From positions 3,574,560-3,638,559 of the forward strand of contig CBDCER010000003.1 of the NCBI GenBank assembly GCA_965215855.1: a stretch of DNA of 64,000 bases, given 5' to 3'. Position numbers and translations under genes: made by a program. The stretch is from Aggregatilineales bacterium (GTDB lineage: Bacteria > Chloroflexota > Anaerolineae > Aggregatilineales > J027). How positions within the stretch are numbered: position 1 is the first letter of the stretch; each line of letters starts with the position of its first letter. Below are positions 62,147-64,000 of this stretch, piece by piece. The notes below the pieces were generated by a model. It had not been told where the DNA came from. It was given only the letters and a program-made list of their open reading frames with translations, and made no database searches.

Positions 62147-62908
62147 ATGCTATTGGCAATCGACATTGGCAATACCAACATCGTTTTCGGCGTTCATGAT
62201 GGACATAAATGGCTTCATTGCTGGCGTATTCAGACTATCCACGACCGGATGCCGGATGAGTATGCGGTACTGTTCCGCGAGCTTCTGAGTGAAATTGCAC
62301 TCGACTTTACTCATTTTGACCAGGCCATCCTGAGCAGTGTTGTACCGCAATTGACGTCAGGTATTCATGAAATGCTCACTGCTCGTTCGCCAGGAGCACC
62401 GCTGATCTTAAATGTGGGATTAGATACTGGTATTGAAATCCGTACTGACAATCCTGCACGAGTCGGCAGTGACCTAATTGCCGATGCAGCAGCAGCTTAT
62501 GATCGCTTTCAATCAAACTGCATTGTGGTCGATTTTGGTACGGCGACAACTTTTACCGCTATCACTGAACCCGGTGTGATGCTAGGGACGGCTATAGCAG
62601 CTGGGCTGAACGTGACCACTGACGCACTCGTCAAACGCACCGCCCAATTACCGCAAATCGAGTTGGTTCCGCCGCCGTCTATGATTGGAAAGAATACTAT
62701 CCACGCCATGCAAGCGGGGTTGTTGATGGGGTATGTGTGTATGGTGGAAGGGTTAATTGACCGAATTCGTGTTGAACTAGGGACGGCTCAAGTGGTGGCG
62801 ACGGGCGGGCTATCACGGGTTCTTGCACCATTGACCCATCATTTCGATGCGGTTGATCCCTGGCTGACACTGGATGGCTTGCGGCTCATTGCACAACGGA
62901 ACAGTTAG
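62147..62908 (+). CDS. coaX: Type III pantothenate kinase
   Basis: MLLAIDIGNTNIVFGV (ASKHA phosphate-1 motif), VDFGTATTF, and ATGG near the C-terminus. The 253-aa size is typical. Confidence 0.9.
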   Translation: MLLAIDIGNTNIVFGVHDGHKWLHCWRIQTIHDRMPDEYAVLFRELLSEIALDFTHFDQAILSSVVPQLTSGIHEMLTARSPGAPLILNVGLDTGIEIRTDNPARVGSDLIADAAAAYDRFQSNCIVVDFGTATTFTAITEPGVMLGTAIAAGLNVTTDALVKRTAQLPQIELVPPPSMIGKNTIHAMQAGLLMGYVCMVEGLIDRIRVELGTAQVVATGGLSRVLAPLTHHFDAVDPWLTLDGLRLIAQRNS

Positions 62909-64000
62909 GCCAACAGTTCGGCGACACGCTGAATAATAGTTTCGGCCACGCTAGTCTTGCTGGTGAGATCAAGCGAATGGTGATGACCTTGCTTATCAAT
63001 AATGGTCACGCGGTTGGTATCGGCTTGAAATCCGGCGTCTGACGCAGTGATGTCATTGGCAACAATCAGATCCAAGCCCTTGCGTTCCAGTTTAGCTTGC
63101 GCGTTTTTCAGTAAATCCTGACTCTCAGCGGCAAATCCAACGACGGCTCGCGGATAGCCAGTCTGAGCGCGGTATTCCTTGACTGCTAGCAGAATATCCG
63201 GGTTACGAGCCAATGATATTGTCAGTTCCTCATCCAGATCGTGTGACTTTTTAATTTTCTGCTCGGCGATGATAACTGGGCGGAAATCTGCAACGGCGGC
63301 AGCCATGACGAGCGCATCAGCTTTGGGGCTATGTGCCAATACTGCATCCAACATTTCGATGGCACTACTGATCCGAACAATCTGAGATCCAACAGGCGAC
63401 GGTAGGTTGCTGGTTGTGATAAGCGTCACCTCAGCGCCAGCGTCGATACCTGCCTGAGCAATAGCGTGGCCTTGCTTGCCGCTAGAGTGATTGGTGAGAT
63501 AACGTACTGGATCGAGGGCTTCGCGTGTGCCACCTGCTGTTACCACCAAACGTTGTCCTGCCAGCGAGCCTGTGTTGCCCAAAACATGACGAATTGTTCC
63601 TATCAGTGTCGGCGTCTCAGGCAACCGGCCCTTGCCAACCAGTCCCGATGCAAAGCGCCCCTCTTCGGGTTCAATAAGGCTAATCCCGCGTTCAACTAGG
63701 GTGCGGATATTCGCTTGTGTGGCGGGGTGCGAGTACATGTCGCCATCCATTGCAGGGGCAACGATCACCGGACAGCGGACTGCTAATGCTGTCACAGCGA
63801 GTAAATCATCGGCAAGGCCGTGGGCCAGCTTAGCCAATGTATTGGCCGTCGCGGGAGCAATCACCAGTAAATCTGCACCTTCACCCAGACCAACATGGGC
63901 AATGTGTGTTGGAAGGCCATCGCTGGTATCTGATTGCCATAAATCGTGATAAACAGGTCGTCCTGTCACTGACTGAAATGTCAATGAGGCCACGAAACGT
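62905..64000 (-). CDS. coaBC: Bifunctional phosphopantothenoylcysteine decarboxylase / phosphopantothenate-cysteine ligase (5' end outside window)
   Basis: The ORF is open to the right edge. It carries LLVIAPATANTLAKLAHGLADDLL (flavoprotein CoaC part) and TAGGTREALDPVRYLTNHSSGKQG (CoaB part). Confidence 0.9.
   Translation of the reverse strand, partial: RFVASLTFQSVTGRPVYHDLWQSDTSDGLPTHIAHVGLGEGADLLVIAPATANTLAKLAHGLADDLLAVTALAVRCPVIVAPAMDGDMYSHPATQANIRTLVERGISLIEPEEGRFASGLVGKGRLPETPTLIGTIRHVLGNTGSLAGQRLVVTAGGTREALDPVRYLTNHSSGKQGHAIAQAGIDAGAEVTLITTSNLPSPVGSQIVRISSAIEMLDAVLAHSPKADALVMAAAVADFRPVIIAEQKIKKSHDLDEELTISLARNPDILLAVKEYRAQTGYPRAVVGFAAESQDLLKNAQAKLERKGLDLIVANDITASDAGFQADTNRVTIIDKQGHHHSLDLTSKTSVAETIIQRVAELLA

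Overview
Gene-dense chromosomal window of about 50% GC. I found no rRNA, tRNA or CRISPR array by eye. Pro/Thr-rich linkers, many very large Ser/Thr-kinase/WD40 proteins and an ISKra4-like IS suggest a filamentous Chloroflexota-like bacterium (inference only). Left to right: a LysR fragment, a MerR regulator and two secreted beta-propeller proteins. Then a small polysaccharide block (Wzz/tyrosine kinase, methyltransferase, sugar-phosphate transferase, DegT aminotransferase) and a Fur-family regulator. About 20 kb follows that is dominated by histidine kinases and response regulators, interrupted by three Tad-like pseudopilin genes. Next is a 13-kb same-strand accessory block (30.8-43.9 kb). It holds a TIR-TM-FecR-SH3 protein, two secreted Ca-binding/propeller/PPC proteins, an IS with intact inverted repeats and an 8-bp target duplication, a 1592-aa kinase-STAND-TM-WD40 protein, a zinc-ribbon-TM-propeller protein and two tandem Doc toxins with no antitoxin. 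After it come a selenocysteine-encoding selD, a split SH3/GH46-like gene, and a translationally coupled RR-HK-HK-kinase/STAND/WD40 operon that converges on a VWA-FHA gene. The window ends with housekeeping genes (EamA transporter, class III PHA synthase phaEC, DmpA peptidase, coaX, coaBC). My best candidates for an undescribed system are the kinase-STAND-WD40 / ZnR-propeller / Doc-Doc module and the membrane-spanning TIR-FecR-SH3 protein. All domain calls come from motif reading of the supplied translations; no database search was run.
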